From Yuukianura sp. NJ FZ-2021 (lineage: Eukaryota), in NCBI GenBank assembly GCA_046563655.1, contig CM102290.1, positions 2,604,001 through 2,668,000 on the forward strand: DNA of 64,000 nucleotides, read 5' to 3'. The position numbers and the translations under genes are program-made. This document shows, piece by piece, positions 61,201 to 64,000 of the stretch (the first letter of the stretch is position 1; every line of letters begins with the position of its first letter). Below the pieces are notes generated by a model that saw only the letters and a list, made by a program, of their open reading frames with translations, did no database searches and was not told the DNA's origin.

Positions 61201-64000
61201 CCCATCGCCCATCTACATCAATTTATACCCAGTTCAAATTAATTTCAACTTTCATTAGAATTTCAAAAGTAAGTACAATTCCATTTCAAAAGTATATGAA
61301 AATCAAAAATAAATTAGAAATCAAAAGCTTTTTGAAAAAAAAAATTCTTAACCCATACTATTTCGAAATAATAATTTGCATTTCCGCAACTTTGATCTCT
61401 CAATTGACAGCCTGTAAAATGAAAAATTTAGTTCTAAATAATAAATTCAATATTGAAAATAGTAGTTCAAAATTGATTCAAAATTTAAATATCAGTTCAG
61501 AATGATTTCGTATCTGAATATGACAAACTTTAAAACAATTTTAAAAGTATTGAAACCTTAAAATAATTTCTAGATCTGCTTCGTTTGTTTAGATTGTTTT
61601 AATAGTCAGGTTTTCGGAACGAGATAATTCTCTTTTCTACTTTCATGATTTCTATTCTAGTGAATAGGTTAATATTATTATTAAATATGATAAAAGATGA
61701 TAATGTTTGTGAGTAATGTGGCTTGCCTGTTTGGTTTGGTTCCCCGATGGAGATGTGTTTGGGGAAGGAAGAGCGGGGATGGACTGGAGTGGCAGTGGAA
61801 GGAGCCTGGTGCCTAAATCCTTAGTGAAAGGCTGGCAAGAAGGAGAAAGTTAGGTTAGGTGCTTAGAAAGCTCCTTGGAACTGGGCCAAGAAGTAGTGAT
61901 GATAGGCGAGTCAAGCGGTGCGGTTGAAAGTCCTTTTCCTTCACCAACTACTGACGGTTCGACGTGCGCCGTCTACCAAGGAACAACCATACATAAACCC
62001 TAACCTCAAGTCCTGACGTTACGTTAATGTTATGTACTACTGCATCTAGGAGTCCAAAGGGATCTTGGAACAACACTGCCAAGTACTACTGGCAGTGGGT
62101 TGACTGCAGAAGGGAGACTAGGAGTCGACAGTGATGTTTGCCAGGGAGAAAGTGGGTCTACCCTAACATAAAGTAGGTCTAACATAGGATTCCCATTCAC
62201 TTCATCTGTTCTGTTCTTGACTAGAAAGTCAAGGAGGCTGCGAGAATATACCTCCAATGCTAATGATTCTAACTTTCACTCCTGCTATCCTCCAGAACCA
62301 CTTGTTGATGGATCCCATTCCATGAAGAAGGAGATACTTCCGCAATTTCCCAGCCACTTTAGTTCCCCTACTTCCCAGAACATAAATTCACAACTTTCCC
62401 AGAACTCAACTGCGTCGCAGATCACAAAAGAAACCAAAAACCTTAAATCTCTTCTAACACGAAAATTCTAAAACTCTCTCAAACTCTTTATTCTTTCGAG
62501 AAACGACAAATTAGCTTTCACTAATTGTTTTTTCATAATTTGGATTTTTACCATTCTCGTGTTTTCTGCCCATTAAATTATTGTAAACCGAACAAATCAC
62601 AATTCTTCAAAAAATCTGAATTCGTCTAATCCTCGTGGTCAAACCAAAACCAAAAACTAGTAACACTTCTGCCACGCTATACTTGTCGTTGCCGTTGAAT
62701 TGGAACCATGTCATTGGATTGACTAATCTGACTCAGCACTTGAGCCTTACAAAAGTTAGGGTTAGATTGAACTAACAAATCCAGGTTTTATATAGTAGCT
62801 TACTGCTTGAGTGACAGGCAACTTTCATCCCAGTGGGATTATTTAGGAAAGTTTACTACAAAAGTTGCAGTTTTTGCTTCCTACCGTCCACCATTAGCCA
62901 AGGCATATCAGTGGTTAGGGTGACCGCACGCACAATGCATGTTAGTTTGACCCTGTCCAAAAGGAGGCTGATGCTGTTACGGAGGCGTGCAGTGGGATGG
63001 AACTTATGATTGAGGTCTTCTTTTGAGCGTAGTCAAGTGAAGATTGGGTGATTGAATGGAGAAAGTGGATGTCAAAGTCCTTGACTCATCCCCATTGCCA
63101 ACTGACACCTCAATATGCCCGTCTGTCCAAAACATTCCCCACTCCTCAGTCATGCACAAGGAACTTCACTTTGATCCTCACTAATTGAATTCTCTGCTCC
63201 GCCCTTAACCCACCATCGCCCCACCACCACCATCAAACGGAGGGGGAAATCCCACTTTCTCCTCAGCCTAACTTAACTTGAGGACTACAAACGTAGCTTT
63301 TCCCCTCCATTGCCCCCCGTTTTCTCCGGTTAGGCTATGGCAGTTAAAAAACTTTTTACAAAACCACCAAGGAAACTGAAGTGACATTTCCAAGAAACAT
63401 TTCCACTTCTGCCGAAGGACATTCCTTTCACCATTCAATTCCAACTTTCGTAAGACCAAAAACCAAAATCCAAACAAAACGCTCAAAGCATTGGGAATAG
63501 AGTCACCAACCAGTTTTGTTATCTTAGTACCAGGCCTGCCAGAAATATTTCTTATCAATTTTTTAAATAAATATATCTTCAATTTGACTTAAATATTTGG
63601 TTTTTGGTAAATACAAATATTTAAGATAACTCAATATTGGACTCAATTTTTCTGGATTTTTTGAAACTTTCATTAAAAATGAGAACAAAAAGTATGAATT
63701 TGGCATAAATTGGGGTTAGCAGGTTAATTGAAAAATTAATATCGATGTGATAAGATTTTTGTGTAAATCCTGCGCGAAGCGAGGTAGGACGTAGGCATGT
63801 GTTTTTGTTTTGAAGATCAGATACCATTCACAATGGGGCTGTGAGGTATTTGCTTTAATTATTTCAATAAATATTCCTTAAGTTTTTTGAAAATATTTTT
63901 GGCATGTCTGCTTTGTACAGTACGCAAGTTTTTAGAAAAAGTTGAAATTTTAAGAAATTCGAAAATGCTGGAGGGAAATGTTATGATAATATTCACTTAT

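Noticed and set aside
61068..61505. 145-aa ORF, the longest in the track
   Set aside because: GTG start, K/I/N-rich translation of AT-rich DNA, no recognisable motif or splice context.
61849..61866. TTAGG telomere-like repeats (also near 2635, 55315, 62755)
   Set aside because: At most two units each, within chance expectation.
62030..62471. GC-richer ORFs 62030-62257 (-) and 62217-62471 (+) as a possible terminal exon of another gene
   Set aside because: No recognisable homology and no convincing partner exons in the window; cannot be excluded without RNA data.
63531..64000. CAGGCCTGCC hAT-like terminus followed by AT-rich sequence
   Set aside because: No matching right TIR or TSD inside the window.

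Overview
AT-rich, intron-containing animal genomic DNA. The Shal and VMAT tails look arthropod/ecdysozoan-like, but the species cannot be fixed from the sequence alone. Four spliced protein-coding genes were reconstructed by hand with phase-consistent splice sites: (1) the 3' half of a Shal/Kv4 voltage-gated K+ channel gene (+, 12847-22488; its first coding exon lies upstream of the window, so 1-12846 is intron); (2) TTC39 (-, 35915-39764, 14 exons, 586 aa); (3) TBC1D22 Rab-GAP (+, 46877-49029, 10 exons, 479 aa); (4) the vesicular monoamine transporter VMAT/SLC18A (-, 52324-56565, 11 exons, 494 aa). Non-coding structure includes four copies of a hAT-type MITE family in two subtypes (one with a perfect 8-bp TSD), a 45-bp-stem hairpin just after the Shal stop codon, clustered nuclear-receptor DR1 elements, a CTCF-like site beside VMAT and a 30-bp minisatellite. 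The most interesting signals concern splicing: two GC-AG introns, several well-formed candidate alternative exons in the Shal C-terminal introns (including a 23-nt + 22-nt pair that restores frame only when both are included) and a candidate 12-nt microexon in TTC39. These are sequence-based inferences that need RNA-seq. No prokaryotic system, CRISPR array, tRNA or rRNA was seen, and no wholly new gene family can be supported.
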